Notes: a model not told the origin generated them from the letters alone. Counted from the first letter of the stretch, positions 1 through 10,390 are shown. The stretch is DNA of 64,000 nucleotides from a bacterium (GCA_040756235.1 JBFLZG010000122.1:1-64000), one strand, 5' to 3'. Made by a program: numbers and translations.

Positions 1-99
1 AGGTTGCTTCGCTACGCTCGCAATCTCCCATTAACTTCAAGCGGCAGGGGCGGCCGCGAGCCGGGATCTCCCGGGGTGCAGTGGGATTCCCGCTTGCCA

Positions 100-395
100 A
101 GCTGTGTCGCAGCCGGTCAGGCCCTCATGCGACCACGGATTCCGGAGGACTCCGCGGAGGGGCTGCTTGATTCCCGTCATTCCGGCGCAGGAGGGTGTGT
201 CATAAATCCGGTCAGACCCTCGTGCGACCACTCATTCCGGAGGACTCGGAGGCGCGGCCGCATGATTTCCGTCATTCCGGCGAAGGCCGGAATCCGGTCC
301 CTGCACCCAGTTATTGCAGCCGGCCTTGGTGCCCCCTCTGGATCCCGGCTCTTACGCGCTCCGCAGATGGGCCGGGATGACGGAATATGACACAG
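100..395 (+). repeat. Composite ~200-bp intergenic repeat element (family A), copy 1, with an extra half-unit upstream
   Basis: Roughly 168-395 is about 90% identical to the reverse complement of 45797-46010. ORFs 195..380(+) and 45797..46027(-) encode the same peptide (GCVINPVRPSCDHSFRRTRRRGRM...). Nested hairpins such as attccggc-N4-gccggaat and ggatcccggc...gccgggatcc are visible. An internal ~100-bp tandem unit spans 110-200 and 215-300. Confidence 0.7.
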
Positions 396-516
396 CCTCC
401 ATGCGCCGGGTGACGATGCGGCGTTTGCTTTTCCGCCCTTTGCTGTAAAATGTGTGCTGACCTTGCAAACACCGGGTCAGCGGCAAGGCCAACGAAGAAA
501 CGAATCCGGAGGTCTG

Positions 517-1842
517 ATGTCCACCGCAGGTCTGGAGGTGCTGTTCGTATTCCTGCTCATTTTGGCCAATGGCGCCTTCGCCATGGCGGAGATGTCCATC
601 GTATCGGCCCGCAAGGAGCGCCTCCAGCAGTGGGCGGAGGAAGGCAACAGCCGGGCCGGAGCCGCCTTGGAGATCGCCAACGCGCCCACCCGCTTCCTGT
701 CCACCGTGCAGATCGGCATCACCCTGGTCGGCATCCTTTCCGGGGCCTACGGGGGAAAGATCCTCGCCGTGCGCCTGGCAGCCTTCCTGAACCGCTTCCC
801 TCTCTTTGACCCTTACGGGGAGCTGATCGCATTCATAACCGTCGTCGCCGTGATCACCTATTTCTCCCTCGTCCTCGGCGAGATCGTCCCCAAGCGGGTG
901 GCCCTGTACAGCCCCGAAAAAATCGCCGCCGCCGTGGCCTCGCCGATGAGAGGCCTGTCCGTAGTGGCCTCTCCGGCCGTGCGTCTCCTGAGCGCCTCCA
1001 CGGACTTGCTGCTCAGGGCGTTGCGCCTCACGGCACGGACCGAGTCTCCGCCCGTCACCGAGGAAGAGATCAAGCTGCTGATCGAGCAGGGGACGCGGGC
1101 GGGTGTATTCGAGGAAGCGGAGCAGGACCTCGTGGAGAGGGTCTTCCGCCTGGGGGATCTGAGGGTGTCTTCACTCATGACCCCTCGAAACCAGATCGTC
1201 TGGCTCGACATGAACGCGAGCGCGGGGGAGATCCGGCGCCACATCCTCGAGAGCGTTCAGACCCGGTTCCCGGTAGGGCAAGGCAGTCTGGACAACATCA
1301 TGGGCGTGGTGCACATTCAGGACCTCCTGGTGAGATGCCTCCAGGACCTTCCCCTCGACCTCAAAGCCCTGCTCAAGAGCCCGCTGTTCGTTCCCGAGAG
1401 GATGCGGGCTCTGAGGCTGGTCGAGCTGTTCAAACATGCCGGGGTCCACATGGCCCTGGTCGTGGACGAGTACGGCGGCGTCCAGGGATTGGTCACGCTG
1501 AACGATGTCCTGGCGTCCCTGGTCGGAGAAATCGGCGCGCCGGAGAAAGAGGAGCCTCAGCTCGTCCAGAGGGAAGACGGGTCCTGGCTGCTCGACGGAC
1601 TGCTGCCGGTGGAGCGGCTGAAAGGGCTGCTCGGCCTGGGGTCGCTGCCCGGAGAGGAGACGGAGACCTTTCGCACCGTGGGAGGCTTCGTCGTGACCCG
1701 GCTCGGCCGGATTCCTTCTTCTGCGGACGCCTTCGAGTGGGGCGGGTACCGTTTCGAAGTGGTGGACATGGACGGAAAGCGGGTGGACAAGGTCCTGGTT
1801 GCAGGGAGCGGCCCGGCCGACCGCGGGGCGAACGTTGAGTGA
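517..1842 (+). CDS. HlyC/CorC (TlyC) family transporter (DUF21-CBS pair-CorC_HlyC)
   Basis: ORF 454..1842. Probable start is M22 (MSTAGLEVLFVFLLILANGAFAMAEMSIVS, typical DUF21 N-terminus). Four TM helices are followed by a CBS pair and the C-terminal transporter-associated domain. Confidence 0.75.
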   Translation: MSTAGLEVLFVFLLILANGAFAMAEMSIVSARKERLQQWAEEGNSRAGAALEIANAPTRFLSTVQIGITLVGILSGAYGGKILAVRLAAFLNRFPLFDPYGELIAFITVVAVITYFSLVLGEIVPKRVALYSPEKIAAAVASPMRGLSVVASPAVRLLSASTDLLLRALRLTARTESPPVTEEEIKLLIEQGTRAGVFEEAEQDLVERVFRLGDLRVSSLMTPRNQIVWLDMNASAGEIRRHILESVQTRFPVGQGSLDNIMGVVHIQDLLVRCLQDLPLDLKALLKSPLFVPERMRALRLVELFKHAGVHMALVVDEYGGVQGLVTLNDVLASLVGEIGAPEKEEPQLVQREDGSWLLDGLLPVERLKGLLGLGSLPGEETETFRTVGGFVVTRLGRIPSSADAFEWGGYRFEVVDMDGKRVDKVLVAGSGPADRGANVE

Positions 1843-2716
1843 AGCATCTGCCGGAAGCGGCGGCCGGCCGGGGACAGGGGGCGGCGTGCCCGGGCCGCAG
1901 AGCGCTCTGCGCCGGCGGAACGGCGCCGCGAGGAACGCGACCTCGGGCGCGAGCGCGCGGGAGCGCTGGCAGAGGCTTGCGCCCGAGTACCTGGAAGCCC
2001 TGGGGAAGAAGGAAAAGGGGGACTTCCTGCGCTTCCGGCTGCTGACGCCCCGCCTGATGGGAATCCTCGGTCCTCTGGAGGGTCGCCGTGTCCTGGACGT
2101 CGGATGCGGCGACGGCTATCTGGCCCGGAGAATGGCCCGCAAGGGTGCCTCTGTCCGGGCGTTCGACTGGGTGGAGGCCTTGATCGCCTACGCCGCCGCC
2201 CGGGAGAAGAAGGAGGGGCTCGGCATCCTCTACAGAGTGGCCGACGCTTCCCGAGCTTTCTCGTACGGCTCCGAGACGTTCGACCTCGTGGTGTGCAGCA
2301 TGGTCCTCAAGGACATGCCCAGGATCCGGACGACCGTGGCCGAGATCTCCAGGGTGGCGCGGAAAGGAGGCCGGTTCGTCCTCACCGTGCTCCACCCCTG
2401 CTTTTGCATGAACGCCTCCCAGTGGGAGGCAAGAAAGGCCCTGGTGCGGGAAGGCGCCCGCTCCCTGTCCTTCCGGGTGGAGAGCCCTTACCCGGCGGTG
2501 CGCGGCTTCGCCAAGACCGTGTCCGGCAGCCGTGCCGAGATCCTTCACTTTCACCGGCCCGTCTCGTACTACGCCCGTCTCCTGCGCAGACACGGATTCC
2601 TCATCTCGGGCATCTGGGAGCCGGTGCTGAGGGCGGGTCCCTCGGTCCCGGCCCGATACAACTATGCGACGCTGCTGCCTCCTTTTCTGCTGATGGAAGG
2701 ATTGAAGAGCACTTGA
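1799..2716 (+). CDS. Class I SAM-dependent methyltransferase (start uncertain, probably GTG/ATG downstream of 1842)
   Basis: Motif I is VLDVGCGDGYLA, followed by a post-I acidic residue and DLVVCSMVL (motif II/III). The ORF as called overlaps the hemolysin-family gene end by 44 nt, so the true start is probably internal. Confidence 0.65.
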   Translation: MQGAARPTAGRTLSEASAGSGGRPGTGGGVPGPQSALRRRNGAARNATSGASARERWQRLAPEYLEALGKKEKGDFLRFRLLTPRLMGILGPLEGRRVLDVGCGDGYLARRMARKGASVRAFDWVEALIAYAAAREKKEGLGILYRVADASRAFSYGSETFDLVVCSMVLKDMPRIRTTVAEISRVARKGGRFVLTVLHPCFCMNASQWEARKALVREGARSLSFRVESPYPAVRGFAKTVSGSRAEILHFHRPVSYYARLLRRHGFLISGIWEPVLRAGPSVPARYNYATLLPPFLLMEGLKST

Positions 2717-2775
2717 GGTTCTTCGGGTGCGAGTCCGGGGCGCAAGACGCGGGACGGCGCAAGGGAGCTGAGCGC

Positions 2776-4851
2776 ATGAAGCGAATCCCTCCCGAGCTGG
2801 TCGCGCCGGCCGGGTCCTTTGCCGCCTTCTCCGCCGGACTCGAGTCCGGCGCCGACGCCTTCTATTTCGGTGTGGGCGGGCTGAACGCCCGTGCCCGGGC
2901 GCAAAATTTTTCCGTAGACGAGATGGAGACGCTCGCCTGCGCGGCCCGGGAGGCTGGCCGCAAGTTGTACCTGGCGCTCAATGTCCTCATCCGGGACCGC
3001 GAGATAGAAGAAGTCCTTCGCACCCTCGAGCGCGCCGAAGAGCTGCAACTGGATGCGGTGATCCTGCAGGACCTCGGGCTGCTCGATCTCCTGCGGCGGC
3101 ACTTCCCCTCTCTGGCGCTGCACGCCTCGACCCAGATGTTCCTTCACAACTCCCTTCATGTCGAGGCGCTGGCCAGGCGGGGGATCCGCAGAGTGGTCCT
3201 GCCGCGGGAGCTCCGGCTGCGGGAAATCCGTGCGATCCGGCGCAACTGTCCGGTGCAGACGGAAGTGTTCGTTCACGGCGCGCTCTGCTTTTCATTCTCC
3301 GGAGCCTGTCTGGCTTCTTCGTATCTCCTTGGGGCCTCCGGGAACCGCGGGGTGTGCAAGCAGGTCTGCCGGTTCGCCTTCGAGGGAAGCCGGGCCCGGT
3401 ACCCCTTTTCCCTCAAAGACCTGGAAGGCAGGACCCATCTGGAAGCCTTGCTGCGGACCGGGGTCGATGCCCTCAAGATCGAAGGCAGGCTGCGCAACGC
3501 GGACTACGTCCGAGAAGCCGTAGGCTACTACCGGCAGTGCCTGGACGCATGGACCGCAGGCAGCTCCCTGCCCGAGCCGCCCCGCCTCTGGCGCCACGGT
3601 CGACCCACCACCTCCGGCCACGTCAGGGTCCTCCCCTACGAGAGCATGGTCCTTGCGGAACAGGATCCGTGGATCGGCGAGCACGTGGGCGACGTCAAGA
3701 GGGTCCACCGGGGCAAGGCCTCCGTCACGTTCCACAAGAAGGTCTTTCCGGGGGACCGCCTGCGCGTCCTGCGGGAGGACGGCACCAAAGTCCTGGAGTG
3801 GACGCTTCTGGGCGAGATGCGGAGCCCCAAGGAGATCGAAGTTGGGGACCGCTCCCGGGCCCGGGTGGCATGGAAGGTCTACCGGCTCGGGACCAGCCGG
3901 GCGCCTTCCGGACGCTCATCCGGCGTGAGAGGCGGGCCGCTGAAGGTCTGTCCCGTGGCCGTCTCGGTCCGCTACTCGGGCGCCGAGCTGACGGTCGAGG
4001 CGATTCTGTTGAACCGCAAGCCGTTCTCGGCCACGTTCGTGCTGCCGGCCCGCAAGGGAGTGCCTCCTCTTCCCCCGAGCCGGGTCCACGAGTGCTTCTG
4101 CAAGACCGACCGCACGCCTTTTCGGACGGAGCGGATCTCGGTGGCCTTGCAGGGCCCCCTGGCGGTGTCGATCCGGGACATCAACGCCCTGCGACGCGAG
4201 TTCTTCGAAAGCCTCGAAACGTTCTACGCCCGGGAGAACGAAGAAACGAAGGCGCGCAGGCGGCAGCTCATCCTGCGCGCCTGGAGTTCGATAGGCGGCG
4301 AGGCGGAGGACCAGGACCGAGCCGAGAACGGCCGGCCCGGGCCGCCGTCCTTCCCGGAGGCGGTGGCATACGAGGACTTCCGGGCGGCCCGGTCCTGCGC
4401 GGATCTGGAAGGAGAACAGGAGGTCTGGGTCGAGCTGCCCCTTTTCGTGAGCGAGGAACGGCTCGCGGGGCTGCGCGTGGAGCTGGACGGTCTGGCCGCT
4501 GACAGAAGGGTGCGGTTCGTGTGCCACTCCCTGGGCTGGATCGACTTCCTCAGGGGCCGCGTGGAGGCGGATCGGATCGCATCCGGCGGCTATCTCTACT
4601 GCCTGAACCGGTTCGCCTACCGCTTGCTGCGCGAAGCCGGCGCCTCGCGGATCCTTCTTTCCAACGATTTGCCGGAGGAGGACAGACGAGCGCTGCTCAG
4701 GCTGCCCGCTACGGCCGTTCCGCGGGAAAGCCGCCTCCGCTTCTTCGTGACCCGCCTGCGCCTGCCGGAACCGCGCTACCGCTTCGGGGGCAGGCAGCTC
4801 CGGCTCATCCAGCGCACGGAATACGCGGAGGTGGTGCTCGCCGCTCCTTGA
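2776..4851 (+). CDS. Peptidase U32 family protein (collagenase-like, PrtC/YhbU type) with a long C-terminal extension
   Basis: ATG at 2776 is aa 225 of ORF 2104..4851. The N-terminus MKRIPPELVAPAGSFAAFSAGLESGADAFYFG, and then HASTQM...GALCFSFSGACLASS...NRGVCKQVCR, are U32 signatures. The upstream 224 codons of the ORF are an out-of-frame overlap with the methyltransferase. Confidence 0.8.
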   Translation: MKRIPPELVAPAGSFAAFSAGLESGADAFYFGVGGLNARARAQNFSVDEMETLACAAREAGRKLYLALNVLIRDREIEEVLRTLERAEELQLDAVILQDLGLLDLLRRHFPSLALHASTQMFLHNSLHVEALARRGIRRVVLPRELRLREIRAIRRNCPVQTEVFVHGALCFSFSGACLASSYLLGASGNRGVCKQVCRFAFEGSRARYPFSLKDLEGRTHLEALLRTGVDALKIEGRLRNADYVREAVGYYRQCLDAWTAGSSLPEPPRLWRHGRPTTSGHVRVLPYESMVLAEQDPWIGEHVGDVKRVHRGKASVTFHKKVFPGDRLRVLREDGTKVLEWTLLGEMRSPKEIEVGDRSRARVAWKVYRLGTSRAPSGRSSGVRGGPLKVCPVAVSVRYSGAELTVEAILLNRKPFSATFVLPARKGVPPLPPSRVHECFCKTDRTPFRTERISVALQGPLAVSIRDINALRREFFESLETFYARENEETKARRRQLILRAWSSIGGEAEDQDRAENGRPGPPSFPEAVAYEDFRAARSCADLEGEQEVWVELPLFVSEERLAGLRVELDGLAADRRVRFVCHSLGWIDFLRGRVEADRIASGGYLYCLNRFAYRLLREAGASRILLSNDLPEEDRRALLRLPATAVPRESRLRFFVTRLRLPEPRYRFGGRQLRLIQRTEYAEVVLAAP

Positions 4852-4991
4852 CCTGCGATACCGCTGTGCCTATACTGAGCCACCCGAATCGTCACGATTT
4901 GAGCAGTGTGCGATTTTTTTATTGAGAGGAATACCATCCCACTCCGGCATGCCGGTCCGGCTTGAGCGCAGTCGGGCCCTGGAGGTGATTC

Positions 4992-5930
4992 ATGAGGACG
5001 ATCGCCATCGCCAACCAGAAGGGAGGATGCGGCAAGACCACGACCGCTATCAACCTTTCCGCCTCCCTCTCACGCAAGGGGAAAAGGGTCCTGCTGGTGG
5101 ACTCGGACCCCCAGGCGCACGCCACCATGGGATTGAACGTAGATCCTGCCGGGCTCGAAAAGAGCTTGTATAACGTCCTGAGCCCGGGCGAGCGGGGCGG
5201 CTCCTCTCTGGAGGAGGTCTTGAAACCGATCAACGACGGCTTGGACCTCGTCCCTTCCAGCGTGATCCTGAGCGCCATCGAACAGGAGCTCTCCGGAAGG
5301 GAAGGCCGGGAGAGCCGGCTGATGGAGGCCGTCGGCTCCCTGCAGAGCCCCTATGATTTTCTCATCGTCGACTGCCCGCCGAGCATCGGGCTCCTGAGCA
5401 TCAACGCCCTGCGCGCTTGCCAGGAGGTGATCATCCCGATCGAGATGAGTCTCTTCTCCCTCCGGGGCGTAGCCAAGCTGATGGAGATCGTCCTTCTTTT
5501 CAAGGAACACATCGGGCATGAGATCCGGCCGCGGGCCCTGATCACGATGTACGACTTCAGGACCCGATACGCCCAGCGCGTCCTGGAGAAGGTCAAGGAG
5601 AGCTTCGGCCCCGACGCCTTCGAGAGCGTGATCCGATACAATATCCGGCTGCGGGAGACCGTCGATCACGGTCTGCCCATCATGGACTACGACAAGCATT
5701 CCATCGGGAACAAAGATTACCAGATGCTGGCCGAGGAGATCCTCAAGGCCGACGCGTCCCGGCCCGAGGCCGGCGCCGTCCTGGAGGAGATGCTTGCCAA
5801 GACGCACGGGTGCTTCGACGGCATGACCGATGCAGGGGAGGAGCCGCGCGGCAGCGGGACAGCGGCGGAAAGCGGGATGCCGGCCGAAAGCGCGTCCGGA
5901 GCCCCGGCCTCCTGCTCGTCGCTCAAGTAG
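4992..5930 (+). CDS. ParA/MinD-family P-loop ATPase (orphan ParA, no adjacent parB)
   Basis: IAIANQKGGCGKTTTAINLS is the deviant Walker A (KGGxGKT). LLVDSDPQ and DCPPS motifs are present. The 50-aa acidic Ser/Ala-rich C-terminal tail is unusual. Confidence 0.75.
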   Translation: MRTIAIANQKGGCGKTTTAINLSASLSRKGKRVLLVDSDPQAHATMGLNVDPAGLEKSLYNVLSPGERGGSSLEEVLKPINDGLDLVPSSVILSAIEQELSGREGRESRLMEAVGSLQSPYDFLIVDCPPSIGLLSINALRACQEVIIPIEMSLFSLRGVAKLMEIVLLFKEHIGHEIRPRALITMYDFRTRYAQRVLEKVKESFGPDAFESVIRYNIRLRETVDHGLPIMDYDKHSIGNKDYQMLAEEILKADASRPEAGAVLEEMLAKTHGCFDGMTDAGEEPRGSGTAAESGMPAESASGAPASCSSLK

Positions 5931-5975
5931 GCAGGCGGCCGGAGCCGGCCCGCTTTCTCTGGTTCACTCTCTTCC

Positions 5976-7211
5976 ATGCTTGCCATGCAGCCCTGGGAAG
6001 TCGCGGCCGGAATCTTCCTCGTCACCTACACGGGCGTGGCGCTCGGCAGCATTCCGGGGCTCGCTCTCGACCGGACCGGGATCGCCCTGCTGGGCGCGAT
6101 CGCCATGGTCGCCTTGGGCGTCCTGGATACCCGAGAATCCTTCAGCGCGATCCACACACCGACGATTCTTCTTCTCTATTCCCTGATGGTCCTCTCCGCA
6201 CAGTTCCGCCTGGGCGGTTTCTACACGCACACGGTCCTGGGGATCGTCGGTTTTCTGAAAAAGCCCAAGCTGTTCCTCCTGGTGCTCATGGCCGTATCGG
6301 CTCTGCTCTCTTCCGTTCTTGCGAACGATATCGTCTGCCTGGCGTTCACTCCCGTGGTTTGCGTTGCCGTGCTCAGGGCCTCTCTCAATCCCATTCCGTT
6401 CCTGATCGGCATGGCATGCGCGAGCAACCTGGGCTCGGCGGCAACCATCATCGGCAATCCGCAGAACATGCTCATCGGCCAGCTCGGGCAGCTCGATTTC
6501 GGGCCGTTCGTGGTGTGGTGCGCGCCTCCTTCGATCGTCTCCGTTCTGATGGCCTATCTCGTCCTTCTGGGGTTGTACCGCGGGAAGTGGACGCAAGAGG
6601 CCCCCGCGGCGATCCCGCAGGACGGATGGCCGAGCTATGACAGGCACCAGTCCAGGAAGGGGCTCCTTCTGACCCTCATCCTGGTGGCCATGTTCTTCAC
6701 TCCGGTGCCCCGGGAGCTCACGGCCATTTCCGTGGCGGGCGTGGTCCTGCTCAGCCGCAGGTTCAAGACGCGCGCCATCCTGGGGCTCGTGGACTGGCAC
6801 CTGATCACGCTCTTCTGCGCGCTCTTCATCGTCGTGGAAGGGGTGATTCGATACGGGATCGCGCAGAAGGCCGTGCTCCTGCTGGCCGCGCGCGGGTTCG
6901 ACCTCGACGACCCATGGGTCCTGACCGCCGTCACGGCCGGGCTCAGCAACATCGTGAGCAACGTCCCGGCAGTGATGCTTCTGCTCAGGAACGTCGACCT
7001 CCACGATACGGTCAACCTCTATCTGCTGGCCCTGATCAGCACGTACGCGGGCAACCTGATCACGATCGGCAGCATCGCCAACCTGATCACGATCGAAGGG
7101 GCAAGGGCCTATCACGTGGAGATCGGCTTTCGGGAGCACGCAAGAGTTGGCGTCCCGGTGACGGCCCTGTCCATTCTGGTCGCACTGTGCTGGATGACGA
7201 TGGTGGCCTGA
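5976..7211 (+). CDS. ArsB/NhaD-superfamily anion permease (CitMHS/SLC13-like)
   Basis: 411 aa with 10-12 TM helices. The two-repeat topology has NIVSNVPAVMLL and GNLITIGSIANLI hairpin-like motifs characteristic of ArsB/NhaD permeases. Confidence 0.6.
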   Translation: MLAMQPWEVAAGIFLVTYTGVALGSIPGLALDRTGIALLGAIAMVALGVLDTRESFSAIHTPTILLLYSLMVLSAQFRLGGFYTHTVLGIVGFLKKPKLFLLVLMAVSALLSSVLANDIVCLAFTPVVCVAVLRASLNPIPFLIGMACASNLGSAATIIGNPQNMLIGQLGQLDFGPFVVWCAPPSIVSVLMAYLVLLGLYRGKWTQEAPAAIPQDGWPSYDRHQSRKGLLLTLILVAMFFTPVPRELTAISVAGVVLLSRRFKTRAILGLVDWHLITLFCALFIVVEGVIRYGIAQKAVLLLAARGFDLDDPWVLTAVTAGLSNIVSNVPAVMLLLRNVDLHDTVNLYLLALISTYAGNLITIGSIANLITIEGARAYHVEIGFREHARVGVPVTALSILVALCWMTMVA

Positions 7212-7216
7212 CCCGG

Positions 7217-8023
7217 CTATTCGACGTGGTAGCCAGAGAGGAAGGATATGTAAAGGTCCCAGTGAACCGTCCCTTCCGACTCGATCTCGAACATCTTCGA
7301 GTAGATCAGGCCCACGTCCGGAGCGTAAACCATGAGACCCTTTCCGTAATAGAAGTACCCCGGTTCGGAATAGGTGGTCTCGAACAGGAAAATGGGACAG
7401 CCCAGGAAATCCCCCATGCCCGGGATGCTCACGTCAGCTACTCCGAGGAGCGTGTGGGACAGGGCGCGGTTTCCCGTGTCCCAGAACGTGTGGCTCGGCT
7501 CATTGAAGATGTCCACGATGGTGCTGCCCGAGCAGGCGCTTCCGACGGCCATGGAATTATACATGTAGTACAGAGGGAGCCTGTGGGTGGAGGACCAGTC
7601 TTCCCCCTCCTCGCCGAAGAACAGGAGTCCCAGCGAGGACCAGCCCAGCCATTTGGTTTCGCCGTCGGGCGACAAGAGCCCGGAGGCGATGACGCCTCCG
7701 CCCATGTCCTGGGTCCCGGAGATCGAGTATTGGGCCGGGAGGTAGATCCAGCCCGTGCCGGTGAACAGCAAGACGTGATGGTTCCACCACGAGCCTTCAG
7801 TGAGAGGAAGCGACCTGGTCAGGTCCACCGGGTCCGCGCCGCGGCCGACCGGAACGAAGGTTTTCACCTCCAGGCCCGGGCAGGCTCCGAGCAGAGTGGC
7901 CGCCGCAGGAGGCCACCCGGCCGCCTGCCCTGCAAGCCCCTGCCCAGGCGCAAGGCAGAGAAGGATGAGGAGCAATGGGATACCACGGGTGAACGGAGCG
8001 GACTGCACGCTTCCTCGCTTCAT
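7217..8023 (-). CDS. Secreted hypothetical protein (signal peptide, aromatic-rich)
   Basis: The N-terminus MKRGSVQSAPFTRGIPLLLILLCLAPGQGLAG is a Sec signal. The stop abuts the permease stop (convergent). No recognisable domain. Confidence 0.45.
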   Translation of the reverse strand: MKRGSVQSAPFTRGIPLLLILLCLAPGQGLAGQAAGWPPAAATLLGACPGLEVKTFVPVGRGADPVDLTRSLPLTEGSWWNHHVLLFTGTGWIYLPAQYSISGTQDMGGGVIASGLLSPDGETKWLGWSSLGLLFFGEEGEDWSSTHRLPLYYMYNSMAVGSACSGSTIVDIFNEPSHTFWDTGNRALSHTLLGVADVSIPGMGDFLGCPIFLFETTYSEPGYFYYGKGLMVYAPDVGLIYSKMFEIESEGTVHWDLYISFLSGYHVE

Positions 8024-8443
8024 GGGCGCTTCCCCTTTCTCTGTCGTCTCCTCAGCCCCCGCTGTTTCACGGCTCCGGAGCGCGAGACAGAAAGACAGTA
8101 AAAAAATGTTTTTTACATTAGATACAATCTCCGGCAGCTGAAGTCAAGATGCGAGCATTCCAGGCAGAAGGCGCTTACATCATAGAGTTTTTCAATTGAC
8201 ACCCTTTTGTCCATCTTCCTATACTTCCCCGTGTCCGGGCCGCGCTGCAGCCTGGCCTCTCCGCGTCGCTCGGACGCATGGCCTGCAGAGGGCCCTGACC
8301 CGCGCGAACGCACCCACGGCTTGCCATCGGGCCCACCCGAAGCCGTACTGGACGAATTCCTGCACCGCGCGTGGAACCTGGATCCAGAGGCTGTCGAAAA
8401 GCACTCTCTTGAGAGGCTCAGCCTCTCCCAAGGAGGAGCGGAA

Positions 8444-9277
8444 ATGTTCCAATGGCTCGGCCTGACCTTCAGGCGCCTGGGCGCCTGGCTCACCGGCTCC
8501 GTGGACGAGGTCATCCCCGATTCGGCGAAGCTGGAAGTCGAGGCCCAAAGAATGGTTTCTCAGCTCCAGGTGCAACGTGACGCCGTTACGATGGCCATGG
8601 CCCAGGCATTGAACGGAAAAGAGAAGCTCCAGCAGAGGGTGGAGGCCATGGCGCGCGGGGACGGGATGGCCAAGGACTATATCCGACAGGGGCGAGAGGA
8701 CCTGGCAGCGCGGGTCATCGAGAACCAGGAGGCGATGAAGCAGGAAATCGAGATGCTCACCTCCCAGTACGAGCAGCTGCAGGCGGCGGCGGAATCCGCG
8801 GTCCTCCAGTATCGCGAGAACGAACGGAGGGTCAAGGAGGCCCTGCGGAAGCTCGACAACCTGAAGCTTCAATCCAGGCTCAACGAAATCCGGGAATCGG
8901 TTCAGAAGAGTCTCAGCTCTTTCGATCTCAACGCACCCCTGAAATCCTTCGAGCGCATCGAGGAGAAGATCGAGCTGAAGACCACCCAGCTCCAGGCGGA
9001 CTCCATGCTCGCGGCGGGAGGCCTGGAGGGCATGAAGAAGGATGCGGAGATCGCTGCAACGGAGCGTTCCCGGGTGATCGAGAAGCGGATCCTCGAGCTG
9101 AAGAGGCAGATGGAAGAATCGGGTGGAGTCGTCCAGTCGGAGGCTGCGGATGAAACGATGGATCGGGCGCGGAAGGCCCTGAGCGCGCCCGCCTTCGGGT
9201 TCTTGCTCACTCCCGGCACCCGGGAACCCGAGCCCGCGGCCGTCTTCGAGGAGGGGCCGGAGAAACGGAAGGGCTGA
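8444..9277 (+). CDS. pspA: PspA/IM30 family protein (phage-shock protein A-like)
   Basis: ATG 8444 is aa 80 of ORF 8207..9277 and is preceded by AAGGAGGAG. The protein is an all-coiled-coil of ~277 aa. QGREDLAARVIENQEAMKQEIEMLTSQYEQLQAAAESAV and the C-terminal SFERIEEKIE match the PspA/LiaH pattern. Confidence 0.6.
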   Translation: MFQWLGLTFRRLGAWLTGSVDEVIPDSAKLEVEAQRMVSQLQVQRDAVTMAMAQALNGKEKLQQRVEAMARGDGMAKDYIRQGREDLAARVIENQEAMKQEIEMLTSQYEQLQAAAESAVLQYRENERRVKEALRKLDNLKLQSRLNEIRESVQKSLSSFDLNAPLKSFERIEEKIELKTTQLQADSMLAAGGLEGMKKDAEIAATERSRVIEKRILELKRQMEESGGVVQSEAADETMDRARKALSAPAFGFLLTPGTREPEPAAVFEEGPEKRKG

Positions 9278-9282
9278 GACCG

Positions 9283-10074
9283 ATGGATTACCTCTTCTCC
9301 TGGCCTTACCTCCTTTTCGAGCTGCCCTTCGTCGCGGGGGTCCTGTACCTCTTCGGCAACGCCCTCGGGCTGGGGGCGGTGGCGACGGAGCATGGAGTGG
9401 ATGGGGATGCGGGCGACGCGGATCAGGAGATCGACCAGGATCTGGAGCACGAGCTGGACCAGGGCGTGGAACACGATACCGACCACGGCGGGGTGTCCGG
9501 CCTCCACCACCATGACCTCGATCTCGGGACGGATAGGGCCGGCCACCACGGCCGCGAGCTGTCAGGCCATGCCGGCCGCGGCGAAAGCCTCTCCAGAGAA
9601 GTTCTGAACTTTCTGGGGATCGGCAGGGTGCCCCTTTCCATCCTGCTGCAGGTCTTCCTCCTGACGTTCGGATTCGCCGGGTTCTTCGGCAACCGGCTCC
9701 TGGAACCGCTCCTGTCCTCGCCGGCTGCTTACGTCTGGATCAGCAGCTCGGGCGCGTTCGTGCTGGGTGTGCTCGCCTGCAGAACGCTCGGCGGGGCCCT
9801 CGCACGGCGCATGCCCATGACCGAGACGTACGTGCGGAGCAAGAGCCAGCTGGTGGGCCGGAGGGGCGAGGTCACGCTCGCTCACGGCGATGCGGGAACG
9901 GCCCTGGTCCGGGACGAGAGCGGGACCCTGCAGAGCGTCAGCGTCCGGAGCCGCCGATCGCCCCTGCCCGTGGGTGCATCCGTACTGCTCGTTGCGTACG
10001 ACCGCGACGCAGAGACTTTTCTCGTTGAGGCGGATCCTCTGGCGACGACGGATCGTTCGATGGACGGGAAGTAG
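9283..10074 (+). CDS. yqiJ: NfeD-like membrane protein (YqiJ-type, C-terminal OB-fold) with an acidic His-rich loop
   Basis: Begins 6 nt after pspA. N-terminal TM helix, a D/E/H-rich segment (DGDAGDADQEIDQDLEHELDQGVEHDTDHGG...HHHDLDLG), two further TM helices, then a C-terminal beta-rich RRGEVTLAHGDAGTALVRDESGTLQSVSVRS (NfeD OB-fold). It precedes a flotillin gene as in E. coli yqiJK. Confidence 0.55.
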   Translation: MDYLFSWPYLLFELPFVAGVLYLFGNALGLGAVATEHGVDGDAGDADQEIDQDLEHELDQGVEHDTDHGGVSGLHHHDLDLGTDRAGHHGRELSGHAGRGESLSREVLNFLGIGRVPLSILLQVFLLTFGFAGFFGNRLLEPLLSSPAAYVWISSSGAFVLGVLACRTLGGALARRMPMTETYVRSKSQLVGRRGEVTLAHGDAGTALVRDESGTLQSVSVRSRRSPLPVGASVLLVAYDRDAETFLVEADPLATTDRSMDGK

Positions 10075-10390
10075 AGAGTTTGCGACCGAGCCTGTCAGGA
10101 CCCCGATGAAGGACCGACAGCGCCCCTACGGGGGCAGGCAGAAGGACCCGGCCGAAGGTGCACGCTCCCGCAGGCCGGCCCGGTGGGTGGGCCGCTCGAG
10201 CGATGCCCCGCCGCCTCCCTGGGAACAGGAAGCGCGGGAAGTCCGCCCCCGGGACGAAGAGGAACGGAGGCAGCCGGATCCGAAGCCGGGCGCCAAGGAC
10301 CCCGGTCTGGCGGGCGGCGGGCGCACGGGGCCTTCTGCGGGCAGGTTCATGCAACCTCGGGGTCGGAGGGAAAGCAAAGGGAGGAGCGAC

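Noticed and set aside
4-390. 128-aa ORF at the window start and 301-aa minus ORF 45078..45983, sharing an identical peptide
   Set aside because: Both lie within copies of the family A repeat, in opposite orientations. The shared peptide comes from repeated DNA and is not a gene. The 45078..45983 ORF also runs antisense through narI.
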